Assembly (NCBI GenBank): GCA_010356995.1
Contig: ML996703.1
Span: forward strand, 186,001-250,000
Reading direction: 5' to 3'
DNA: 64,000 bases
Origin: Trichodelitschia bisporula
Lineage: Eukaryota
Below, piece by piece: positions 1 to 11,324 of this stretch; position 1 is the first letter of the stretch; every line of letters starts with the position of its first letter. A program made the position numbers and the translations under genes. The notes under the pieces are model-generated. The model ran no database searches, was not told where the DNA came from, and saw only the letters and a program-made list of their open reading frames with translations.

Positions 1-627
1 TCGCACCTCACCTCCATTAGAAACACAAGCGTACTGCCTTCAATCTCCTTATCGACTTCTCGAAACGGAAATGTAGAGCCTCTGGGTCTGTCCAAGAATA
101 GAAAGAGTCGCGCGGATGGCCTCGAACGTCGACGCTAGTCGGCCCCCAAAAGACTGGGCGCCAGCTAAAACGCGGAGAGGCGCGCGGAGGAGAGAGCGGA
201 GGGGGAGGTTGGGGAGGGAGGAAAGAGACGCGCGCGCTCGTGCTGAGAAGCTGAAGTACTTCTCCTCTCCCTTCCCCTTCCCTCACTCCTCTCTTACCTG
301 CAACTACTCTCTCTTCCCCGCTTTCAATTCTGAGCCTCATGTCTTTGCTAACCTACAGTAACACATCTGGTTGAGTAACGTTAACAAGGCTTCCCTAGCC
401 CTGCCTCCTCAAACCTCTCAATTGTCAATCCTTCAGCTGTCAAGAACGGGCCAGACCAGGCCCACCCCCGCCAGCTGATCTCACCCATCCCTCACCTCTG
501 ACCGAACTGCCTCCCGTTTGCAATCTGCAACACATTCAAACCCTCGTCCGCCGACGCCCCCCTCCCTCGAACAACCTTCCCTAGTCCCCAAGGCCAAAAC
601 TCTCGCTATCCCCCACACAACCACCCC

Positions 628-3293
628 ATGTCCCTCCAACCCTCCGACCGCCATGCGGGGCGTTCGCGCTCCCGCTCCCATTCGCGCCGCGACGACCGCG
701 ACCGATCCCGTTCCCGCGACCCGCGAATCAGCGCCCGCGCCCCCTCCCCCGCCGCCGCCGTACGTCGGGCAAGCCTGCAGCTGCCTTCCCCCCCCCCGCG
801 CCTGCCTAATCCCCCCCTCTACTTAAAAGTCCCTCCGGCTGATAAACCACAGTATGAGTATTCGACTACCGCCGCATACCCCATCCCAGGTGCGTCTTGC
901 CAAATGCGCCCCGTTACGAACGGGCCGGTCAAGCGTTGCGTTTTTCACTGACGTTTAAAGGCGCAGCGATGGCCACCCCTTCGCCCCGCGGCCCGGACTC
1001 GGATTCGAACGTCACGATGGGCGATTACGCAGACTACCCCCCCGAGCAACGTCCAGGCTACCAGCCGCCCGCCCCCAGCGCACCGATGCCGGCCACGGGG
1101 GGCGTGCAATATTCGCAGCCGCTCAACCCGACCTTCACCCCCTTCCCGCAATGGGGCTTCAACGCCCCGTCCACCACATCGCCCGGCTCATCCGCCCCCC
1201 CCCTCGCCTACTCCCCGCCAAAGGGGAGCTTCAAGTACGCCGAGCCCCCGAGTAAGATAACCTACACCGCAAAACCCGTCGTCGAGCCCAAGCCCCCGCC
1301 AGTCCAGCACACAACCCACTCCCGCGCCCCGAGCACCTCCACCCCACTCCCCTACCAGCAGGTCCCGCAGAGTCCATACCCGCAGCAGCAGCAGCAGCAG
1401 CAATCCGCCCAACCCTACCCAACCTACACGCAAACCATCCAGCCCCTCCGCGGCCAACCCCCGCCCCCCCAGCCTTATCCGCAACTCCCCGGCCCACCAC
1501 CACCCGGCCCCGGCCCACAAGCCTACGGCCAGTTGCCAGGCCCGCCGATGAACTCCCCGCCCGGCCAAGGCTACGCCGCCCCACCCCCGCCAATGGGCAT
1601 GCCAGGTCTGCCCGGCCCGCCGCCCCCCATGGGCGGAAGTCTAGGCCGCGGTCCCTCCCCCCCGCGCGGGTACAACGGCGCCATCATCAAGGAAGTCGTC
1701 CCCGGGGGCGGAGGCAAACCTCCCTCGCCGCCCTCGGGCCGGCGCAAGGCGAATAGCACCAGCGGCCCCAGGCCCGAGATACGTGGATCGGGCGGGATGC
1801 GCCCGCCGCCGTCGCCGGGCTTGCAGCCGTATATGGAGCGGTTGTCTGTCGGTGGAGGGGGGGGGTTATCTGTGGGCGGAGGGTATGGTGCGCCCAGCGG
1901 CGGTGGTGGGGGGGGTATTGGTGGGGGAAGGCCCCCCGCTAGTCCCCTGCTCGAGGCGTACCGCGGGACGTACCAGTCTATGTCGCCGATGCCGAGTCCG
2001 ATGATGCTCCCCCGCAGGGAGTACGACGATATCGATGATTTGGAGCCGCTTGATGGGCCGCCGCGACGAGGCGGTGGAGGTGGGGGGGGGCCAAGAGTGC
2101 GGACTGAGGAGCCACGCGCGTCATTTTCGGGGTCTAGGCCGCCGCCGCCGAAGAGTGCGCTTAAGGCTAAGAAGCGGGTTAGCATGTACGACGCTGAGAG
2201 CGATGCGCGCGAGATTGCGGACGAGTTGAGCCGGAGCCAGCCCAAGGTCGGGGTGCTGATTGATGTGCTCCCCGCGCTGAGCCATGATCAGGTCCTGGAG
2301 TTGAGGGCGGAGTATAAGCGTGTGGCGAAGATACAGGGGCGGGGGATTAATATCGCCAAGCACATCAAGCTGAAGACGAGTGGGAATTTGTGCAAGATAT
2401 GTTATGTCACTGCGCTGGGGAGATGGGAGTCTGAGGGCTATTGGGCGAATTTCTGGTATCAGTCCCATTCGGCGCAGAGGGAGTTGCTGATTGAGGCGTT
2501 GATGGGGCGGACGAATGCGGAGATTAGGAATATTAAGGATGGGTTTAGGGATAAGCGGTATGGGGATAGTTTGGAGAAGTGCATGGATAAGGAGTTGAAG
2601 GCGGATAAGTTCCGGCATGCGGTGCTTTTGGTGTTGGAGGAGCGCAGGCAGGAGGAGAATGATGTTTATCCCGTGGAGTATCGGGATAGGGATGTGGATG
2701 GCATGGCGCGTGCGCTGCGCCAGCGCGAGGGTGGCGAGACGGCGATTCTGAATATTGTGGTGGGACGGTCGGATGCGCATCTGCGCGATTGTTTGCGGGC
2801 GTATGAGCGCAAGTATGGGGCGAATTTTGCGAAGGAGGCACTTAGGAAGAGTAATAACCTTGTGGTGAGTGAGCTTTGCTCTGGGAGGGGGATTGGGGCT
2901 AATGGGCATAGGGCGAGGTCGTGGCGCACATTCTCAACGGCGTAATCAACCGCCCCGCGCGCGACGCCATGCTCCTTCATCACGCGCTCGTCGACCTGGC
3001 GCCTGACGAGGGGTCGCCTCGCGCATCGCGCACCGATGTCGGGCGCGAACGTGAGGGAGCCCGTGAGCGAGACAAGGAGCGCGAAGCCAAAGACAAGAAA
3101 AACAGATACGAGTTGCTGATCTCCCGCCTCGTCAGGGTGCACTGGGAACGCGGGCACTTCATGCGCGTCAAGGAGGATTATCGGGACAAGTATGGACGGT
3201 ATTTGGAGGAGGATATTGAGGAGCATGTTAGGGGGGGGGATTTTATGGAGTTTTGTCTTGGGTTGTGTGCTAGTGCGAAGGCGGAGGGGGAGT
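628..3293 (+). CDS. Annexin ANXC4-like protein with long Pro/Gly-rich N-terminus; 3 exons (628-889, 961-2864, 2912-gap), 3' end lost in N gap
   Basis: Introns 890-960 (GTGCGT...CTGAC...AAG) and 2865-2911 (GTGAGT...CTAAT...TAG) join frames correctly. C-terminal half has annexin-like repeats (LIEALMGRTNAEIRNIKDGFRDKRYGDSLEK; ILNIVVGRSDAHLRDCLRAYERKYG; YRDKYGRYLEEDIEEHVRGGDF). Confidence 0.85.
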
Positions 3294-3358
3294 NNNNNNN
3301 NNNNNNNNNNNNNNNNNNNNNNNNNNNNNNNNNNNNNNNNNNNNNNNNNNNNNNNNNN
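3294..3358. other. Assembly gap (N run)
   Basis: Run of n characters. Confidence 1.
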
Positions 3359-3468
3359 TGTCTTGCGCTCTCCGTCTGAACGCGAGGCGGTATTCTTTCG
3401 AGTGGTAAAAGGTTCTGGAGCAGTGACATGGCAGTGAGGATGTCGTGAGCAGCGTAAGCTGAAGATCA

Positions 3469-3521
3469 AGCCGGGTACCGTAGATAGCCCAGCCGGGTAC
3501 CGTAGATAGCCCAGCCGGGTA
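3469..3521. repeat. 22-bp tandem repeat (AGCCGGGTACCGTAGATAGCCC), about 2.4 copies
   Basis: Exact copies at 3469-3490 and 3491-3512, partial third copy. Confidence 0.9.
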
Positions 3522-4028
3522 ACTGGCCTTAGCCTGACGTGTGAGATGACGATGCGGGGAAGCGCACCAGGCACGTAGCTCGCGGCTAATGCGAAAGCGC
3601 CGGCTCGAGCCGCATCGGTTATTCCCACGGGACCGCCACGACTGCGTACCTGGGTGGGCCTTCCACAGCACTGTACGAACCAATTGATCATCAACATTTA
3701 CTAGATAAAGTTCCAGAAAACATGTCCGTTTCCAGCGCCCTAAGCCGCACTCCCACGAGAAAGCCCCACATCCAGCCCTCACCGCGGTACCGAGCCGTCG
3801 GCACGCCCCGAACACCCCGGCCAGTCGCCCGCCCCGCAAGCCTCGGTAACTTCACGCACCTCCGCCCGGGATAAGGTGTTCCTCTGGGCGCGGCGGTTTA
3901 AAATGTAACGACCAGCACACGTACAGCAGCTCGCTGCCCCTGTCATCCATTGCCAAAACCAAGCCCGCGGCCATCCAAGTGCTCATCCCCAGTTCGAAGT
4001 TGACCTCCCTGCTCTTTCCACCGCAATC

Positions 4029-5251
4029 ATGGCCGGTGAAATCCGCCAACAAATCGACATCCCCGCGCTGGAGCGGTATATCGCGGCTAATGTCCCGGAC
4101 ATCAAGGTGCCGATTGAAGTGAAGCAGGTGCGTTCGCCTTCCCTCCCACCGTCTTTAAACTAACCAGCCTAGTTCGGCTACGGCCAATCCAACCCAACCT
4201 ACCAACTCACCGACCGCACCGGAGCCCGCTATGTGATGCGCAAGAAGCCGCCAGGCCAGCTGCTCTCCGCAACCGCACACAAGGTCGAGCGCGAGTACCG
4301 CATCATCCACGCGCTGGAGGGCACAGATGTCCCCGTCCCGAAGGCGTATTGTCTGTGTGAGGATAGTAGTGTGGTGGGCACGCCGTTTTACGTCATGGAG
4401 TTTTTGGATGGGCGGATTTTTGAGGATCCGGCGATTCCAGGCGTGAGCGAGGGAGAGAGGAGGGAGATGTGAGTTGCTCCCTGAGCTTGGGGGTGTTGAT
4501 GCTGATGTGGTGAAGGTGGCGCTCCGCCGTGACAACCCTCGCCAAATTCCACACCGTCCCCCCCGCCTCCGTCAGCCTCTCCACCTTCGGCAAATCCTCC
4601 GGTTTCTACACCCGCCAACTCGCCACCTTCTCCACCATCCAAACCGCGCAAGCCGCCGCCCGGGACAAAGACACCAACATCCCCGTCGGCAAAATCCCCC
4701 ACTTCGACGACATGGTGTCCTTCTTCGGGAACCCAGCCACGCAACCCAAGGACCGCGCCACCTTCGTCCACGGCGACTACAAAATCGACAACGTAGTCTT
4801 CCACCGCACAGAGCCCCGCGTAATCGGCATCCTCGACTGGGAAATGGCAACCATAGGCCACCCCCTCTCCGACCTATCCAACCTGCTCTCACCCTACACC
4901 ACCGCCGCCGTCCGCGCGAGCGCCGGCCCCGCCGCGGAGGGCACGCGCATCAACCCCGCTTTTTCCCCGGACGCGAACTACCCTGGCCTGCCCAGCAAGG
5001 CTGAGTGCGTGGCGTGGTATCGCGAGACGGCGGGGTGGGACCCGGCGCCGGAAATGACCTGGGGTGATGCGTTTGGCGTGTTTAGGGGGTGCATCATTAT
5101 GCAAGGTATTGCGGCGAGGTATGCGATGCGGGTGGCGAGTAGTGCCAGGGCGCAGGAGTATGCGGTGCAGATGGGGCCGTTTGCGGAGGTAGCGTGGGCG
5201 TTGATTGAGGGGTGGAGGGGGGAGAGGGGGGTTAGGGGGGCGAAGTTGTAG
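4029..5251 (+). CDS. APH-family phosphotransferase (ACAD10/11 N-terminal-like), C-terminal PTS1-type -AKL
   Basis: Exons 4029-4127, 4173-4468, 4516-5251. Motifs [69 protein letters not shown]; ends GAKL*. Confidence 0.9.
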
Positions 5252-5749
5252 TGTTTGTGGATAGTTGGAATGGATGCGTTTGATTTGGATGTGGGCGTGT
5301 GGTGATGTGAGGCGGGAGTGACTGGAGGAGTCGAGGTCGAGAGGACGGTGGAGGAAGCTGTTGAATTGCATGCCCGGTGGCTGCTTCATGGGAATGCCGC
5401 GAATGCGGGGACCGAGTAGTCGCCCTTTAGGTGATTGTCTCGAGCGCCGCTACCCACGGGGAAACCCTAGAGGGCGTGGTTGTTCGATAGCCACTTTGGC
5501 GACGGCCCTCTCCTATGACCTCTGATGTAGGAAGATACATATATTATGCTGGCAACTATATCCCACCCTAGCTGTATCGTTAGCAGGAGCTAGGAGACAT
5601 GGAGTGGGCCCACGCCACTCGCAAGGCAAGATATATAGGTTTGTTTATGCCATTCGTATGACAGTATCATTGGGAGCACTGGAAGGCGATATAGTTCATC
5701 CTTTGCATTATGCCTAGCGGCCCCTCAACCCTCTTAGGAGAGGCGTCTT

Positions 5750-6990
5750 TCATTCAAGCTGGATTTTGCTCCTGCTCACGTATGTGCCCCAGTTCACTAC
5801 ATCAACTTCCTCCTCCTTTACAACCTTCTTCTCTTTGATCACCCACTGCCCCTTAACTTTCTTGAGCCACCTTCTCAAACACACCCACCCCTCCTTCCAC
5901 TCCCCCCTACAATCCCTCAGCTGCGCAACTAACAACTCGCCGTTCTTCTCAAGCCCCACATCCTTCGCGCTAGCCATAAAGTTCCGATCGGAATCATTCT
6001 CGCCCACCAACACAAACGCCCCGTCTATATTCGCCAACCAGCGGTTCAACCCACCATGGTTGTTCCAAATCCACTTTTGCGACACCTCACCTAGCCAAGC
6101 AACATTGGTGACCACAGGGCATGTGGGAGCTTCACGCTGACTGGACATGTAGCAAAGCAGCATCTTAACCCACTTCACCCGCCTCCTGGCTGGCTGGGTG
6201 TCGTTGCTGCCGGTCCCAGCCTCCGGTGCTTTCAAATGTTGACAAAAATTCACACCGTGAAGTGCGCTTTCCAGGTTCTCGGCTGTTCTTCCCATGTCCC
6301 TAGCTGCGCTTTCTGGGTCCAGACCTTCAATTTGTCAGGTTCGAGCTTCAATGTCCCGGCCCCTCGCTACGAGTTCTTCGTTCCGTGCCTCGATTATCAG
6401 ATCCAGAGCAAAGACTTCCGGGTGCGAAAGTGGGAGTTTCCGGTCCCGAACTGCCTCATCCCGGTTCTGAATAGCCGTATCCATAGCCCGAACCGCTGTT
6501 TCCCAGTCCTCAATCGCGATGTCCCGGTTCCGAACCGTGACCAACCGTTTCCTCCGCATACGCTGCGTCATCTTGGCGAACTGATGAGTGCTCGTCGTAA
6601 ATTCGAGGTTGAGTTTGAACTCATGCTCTGACACATCGCTCGGGCTCCAGCATACTCGTAGGGTACGCGTGCTCCGAGTCCTTCTCCCCTGCCAGCTGTT
6701 TTTCGAAGGAAAGTTGCTTGATCTCGGCGTAGTCCATTTTCAGTGCGAGGGCATAGAGGGGCCCCTGAGAGTCTTTCGTTGTGTACGCGTGGAAGAACAC
6801 CATGTGCGTATCGAAGAGACCGATTAGGACAATCCCCGACTCGTAGGGGGGTTGGGGTAACAACTTCTTCAGGCTTTGAGGGAGGGCGGCCGAACATGAT
6901 GCCATTGAGGCAACCGAGTCTTTCTTGATCGACGCCGCGCCAGTCCTTGACTTGCTCGAGAAGATGCTTTCCTACTACTGGGCATTGTCT
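5750..6990 (-). pseudogene. Probable decayed protein-coding gene of unknown function (split into about 3 ORFs, central heptad/coiled-coil segment)
   Basis: Abutting protein-like ORFs in shifted frames (6621-6905, 6335-6634, 5750-6295). Heptad-like RNRDIAIEDWETAVRAMDTAIQNRDEAVRDR. No family recognised. Confidence 0.35.
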
Positions 6991-7062
6991 CTGTACCCTA
7001 CCCTTTTGCCCCGTCGGAGGGTTGGAGGGAGGGCATGATGATCAAATGTGGAGAGTGCAGAT

Positions 7063-7255
7063 GGAACTTTTGAGTGAGTATTTCTTGTTACAAGGAAACT
7101 TGTCGTGAGGATGTCTGTTGCAAGGGAACTTTTGAGTGAGGATGTCCTGTCGCAAGGAAACTTGTAGTGAGGATGTCTTGTTGCAAGAAAACTTACAGCG
7201 TGCATGTCTTGTTGCAAGTAAACTTATTCGTGAGAATATCTTGTTGCAAGGGATT
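7063..7255. repeat. Degenerate minisatellite, about 31-bp unit, about 6 copies (consensus approx. GTGAGGATGTCTTGTTGCAAGGAAACTTRTA)
   Basis: Six consecutive units readable directly, most containing the TTGCAA palindrome. Confidence 0.85.
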
Positions 7256-7452
7256 CAAGTTGCAGCAGACAACGAACACAAAGCAGGCTTCCCATTCTTC
7301 TTAACCTACGGACCTCAGGTGCCCGTCTTACGCGTCCTCCGTCACCAACGCGGTACCCCACGCACAAGCGAACCGTTAGACAACCAAAGAAATATATATA
7401 CACTTGCGCGGGCACCACCACACCACCACATCATCACACCACAAGGACCCTT

Positions 7453-10444
7453 TTACCCCATTGGCGCCGGCACTGGAGACACAACCTGCGTTAGCACAAC
7501 CACAGTCGTGGACTCATACTCGTCCCCCACGTGCTCCTGTCCCGCCCCCTCCGTCGGCACCGCCATCACGGGCGCCGGCCGCCCCGGCGTCGTCGTCATG
7601 AAGGGATCGTTGAGGATCACGGATGTTGATGGCGAGGCAGTCATTTTTGCGCACCAGGACGAGCAGCTTGCGGCTGCGCGCTGCGTGCACAGGTCTTGGG
7701 CGACGTCGCCGGTGCAGATGGGCATGGCGCAGGTGCAGACGGCGGAGTAGAGCACGGCCATGCGCGTGGATTGCGGGATGGGGGTTGGGATGGGTGTGTT
7801 TTCGGCTATGATTTCGGTGAGGGGGCTTGAGATGGTTGGGCCTGGGATGGAGCTGATGGGCTCGATGATGTTGGAGCTGGTGATGGGGGAGAGGGTGAGA
7901 GTGGGCCAGGTGTGCAGGCTCGCGACTGCGGGGGCGCTTGAGGCGCTTGAGGCGCTTGAGACATTTGCCCGGGGGAGCGAGGGGGTGGGAGAGAGGATTC
8001 CTGCTGCGCTGACGGGTGAAATGGAAAGGGTCGGCCAGGTCTTGGTCTCTTGGCTCTGGACGACGATGTCCGTGAGCGAAGTACCTAAAATTGTCGTTCC
8101 CGATACGGAATGGAAGGGATCAAGGGATGTGGTCACTGTGATTGGCGAGAGGGTGAACGTCGGCCATTTGCTTGTTCGGTTCAAAACTAATGCCGAACTC
8201 GCTGCAAAGGGGTCAATGGTGCCCGTCACGCTGATGGGAGACAGCGTGAAGGTGGGCCATTTGGTTGTTGGCAGACTGGACGTTGGCTGGCTAGGTGATG
8301 GCCGATTTGGGGCTGGCTGGCTAGGCGATGGCCGGTTGGGGGCTGGCTGACTTGGTGATGGCCGGTTGGGGATTGCCTGGCTAGAGGACGACCGACTGGA
8401 CGCTGCTTGGGCAGAGGGTGGCCGACCGAGTCCAGTACGTGTGACCGTGACCATGGCAGGCGTGACCGTGGCAGAGTAGACGATGTCCGAGATACCCGTC
8501 CCAGAAACAATTGTACCGGGGATGTTGCTGATAGGCTCAATGCCACCAGTCGTACCGGGAATATCGCTGATGGGCTCAATACCACCACCACTACCGGGGA
8601 TATCGCTGATGGGCTCAATACCGCCAGTGACATTAATCGGGTCAAGCGTAAATGCGGGGCGCGACGTTGTTGTCCTCGTTGCAGCGGTGGTCGCCGCCCC
8701 CGCAGGACCGGCGAGATCCTCCCACGTAACCGTTTCGAACGTCTCTGGCCCGGAGACCGTGCTGCCCGGCCAGAGGGTTAGAGTCGGTATCTGCTCTGAG
8801 TCCGCGACTTGGGCGACTTTTGGCGATATTGGTATCAGCGTAAGCGTCGGACTCGATGTCGGCAGGATGGTGCTCGGTGTCGAGGTAATTGGAATGAGTG
8901 TCAACGTCGGAGTCTGCGTCTGGGATGACGTTATGGGGATGAGCGTGAAGGTCGGGCCCCCGGGGGATGTAATCGGAATGATTGTCAGTGAGGGCGCCGA
9001 CGTCCCTGGGTCAACCGACAGTGTCGACGTTATAGGAATGAGCGTGAAGGTCGGGCCCCCGGGCGAAGTGATCGTAATGATTGTTAGCGAGGGCGAAGTG
9101 ATCGTAATGATAATTACGGAGGGCGTCGACGTCCCTGGGTCAACCGAAAGGGTCGATGTTATGGGAATGAGCGTGAAGGTTGGGCTCGAAGTGGTCTTCA
9201 CCAGGCCTGGCGATACACTGCCTACACTCGTCCGATTCGACCAAAGTGCCGCCGCTGTGCTGCTCGAGAACTTTGGGAGAGCGGCAGCCGGCAATACCGG
9301 GGGTACCGCCGCCGTGCCGTTCGAGAACTTGGGGACAGCGGTAGCTGGCAATACCGGGCTGTCAGCTGCGGACACAGGGGGAACAGGCAAGACAGGCGCG
9401 ACGGACGATGTCGTCGGCGCGGCGACATGCGGAGGCGTATACCCATAGATCAACGGGGCGCACGTTGTGCAAATTGGTGGTCTTTGAATGATAGTGGTTG
9501 TAACCGTGACCGTAGCTGTCGTCGTAACCGTCGTCGTGGTCGTGATGAGCGGTGGCGGCTCTGGCGCCCGCATGTTTCGGTCAAGATACGGAACAGGACC
9601 GCAGTACTCCATCGAAGCTTTTCCTTGGGCGCACGGTCAGTCAGGTTCTCGCCAGTACTGTCAAGGGGTGTCTAACGCCAGATGCTCTTGACCGACTTCT
9701 CGGGTACATAGCAGTTTTCAGCAGTTCGGTACCAGCTCAGCGTTCTACGATGGTCAGCAGTCGCTTTCTTCCACACCGGCAGCCTTACGTGTTGGCCCGG
9801 AGTGGTTCGAAGTCAGTCGGACGACAGCCGCTGAAGCACTTCACTGGCATCTCCTGGGACCGGCAAGTGACGCTAATATCCGCTCTCCGCTGGAAGATCT
9901 TGACCGTGTCGCAGTTTGCGTGGGGGCATATTTTGCAATCGATATTGACGTTGGCGGTCGTTTTCCGGCGCGTGTTGCGCTGCGGGACGTATCCACACCA
10001 TTTGATATCCTCCGTGTCTGGCCATTGTGAGCATCACGTCACCGTCGGTAGTTGGGACACTTACAGTTACGCTGATACTCGATGGTATCCCGCTCCGTCA
10101 CATAGCAGCCTTGTTCGCTATGCAGCCACAGGCTACTCGTGTCAGCGGATGCCATTCAACATAAGGTCTGCTTACTCCGTCCCGTTGATCTTCGATCCGT
10201 TGGCCCAGCAATTCACCCGGAACATGTAAGAGCTCCCATACCACTCCTTGTTGGGACATGTCTCGTAGGGACATGTTTTGCATTCCGTATTAATGTCCCG
10301 CTCCACCTTCGCCCACACACTGTCGAAGTACTGCTGCGGCCGGGCGACCTGCCGCGGCTGCAAACTCACATCGTCAAAGTCCTGTGGCCGAGATTCGGCG
10401 GACGAGAAGAGAAGAAAGGACAAAAGAGTGACTGGAAACTTCAT
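7453..10444 (-). CDS. Secreted protein: signal peptide, two Cys-rich repeats (C-x2-CP-x3-C...CW/CR...W...CYV...CG), long Ser/Thr/Pro mucin-like stalk, small C-terminal Cys cluster
   Basis: Starts MKFPVTLLSFLLFSSAES. Splicing GTAAG introns gives ECKTCPYETC..VNCWANGSKINGTDLWLHSEQGCYV and DCKICPHANC..VTCRSQ..SWYRTAENCYV. Last exon is the 7453-9612 ORF; the splice into it is uncertain. Confidence 0.75.
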
Positions 10445-11324
10445 GGTCTCTACAGGAGACAGTAAAGGAATGGATTAGAGCCGCCTATCGTGTCGTGTCA
10501 CGGGCAGTCACTGGCATGATGCTGCGGGGGATTATGCAAAAGGACAAAACCAAACGACGGGAAGCCCGCTGTCCAAGCGGCTGTACGTCGATAAAACTTC
10601 CCAGGAAAGACACGCGCTCGTCATATCGGGATGTGGAAGGAGGGCATATTAACCCAGTAGAGCTCATCAACCCATATTGCGGATAGATTGGCGACCCCGG
10701 CCAGGTACCGAAGCTTGCGGACGAGATTCGCTGCTTCTCGGTGGGTAATCCTATCGAAGTTAGGACAGTATGGTGAGCAGAGCAGTCTGTTTCAACGAGA
10801 TGTCGTCTTCGCCTGCGCCGCAGGCGTGGTCGTGATCGGAAGGAGATCCGGTCAGGTCCACCCGGCAAGCCGACACAACATGCGAAAGGTGAGATTGCGG
10901 ATTATATATAGATTTTCTCCGAGCCTAATTCTGAATTAGGGCCCCACGGTCTGGAGGACTTGCCATTGTCCGCGGTCCCGGGTCGTCTAGCGCTACATAC
11001 GTGCTGGTTGCCGACGTGCAGGGCGAGGCACTTGGCCGTGGCAACGGCCGGAATGAATCCGCAGCCTGGTCCCCATTGTCAGCCTTGCAGAGAATCATAA
11101 ACGGTTCACCTTACCTTGAGGTGGAGCAGAATAGAGGTCGGAGAATCGCGTCCGGAGCCTCACTCGGGCTCGCTGCGGCGCGTCTTGTCACGCCCGGCGC
11201 TTCCCAATCGATACGAACGAGTGCGCCACGCGCTTGGCCACGTCGAGCAGGCCTCACCCCGAGTTGCTTCAGGCTGGCCTTTGAGAAAGTAATCGTGTGT
11301 CCTCGTTGTCAAAAGCCATGAGTG

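Noticed and set aside
1188..2909. Several minus-strand ORFs over the annexin gene
   Set aside because: GC-rich antisense shadows with no independent motifs.
7063..7255. 31-bp repeats as a CRISPR array
   Set aside because: Units are contiguous with no unique spacers, there are no cas genes, and the context is eukaryotic.
7760..9448. Long plus-strand Val/Gly/Met-rich ORFs
   Set aside because: Antisense shadows of the Ser/Thr/Pro-rich minus-strand gene.
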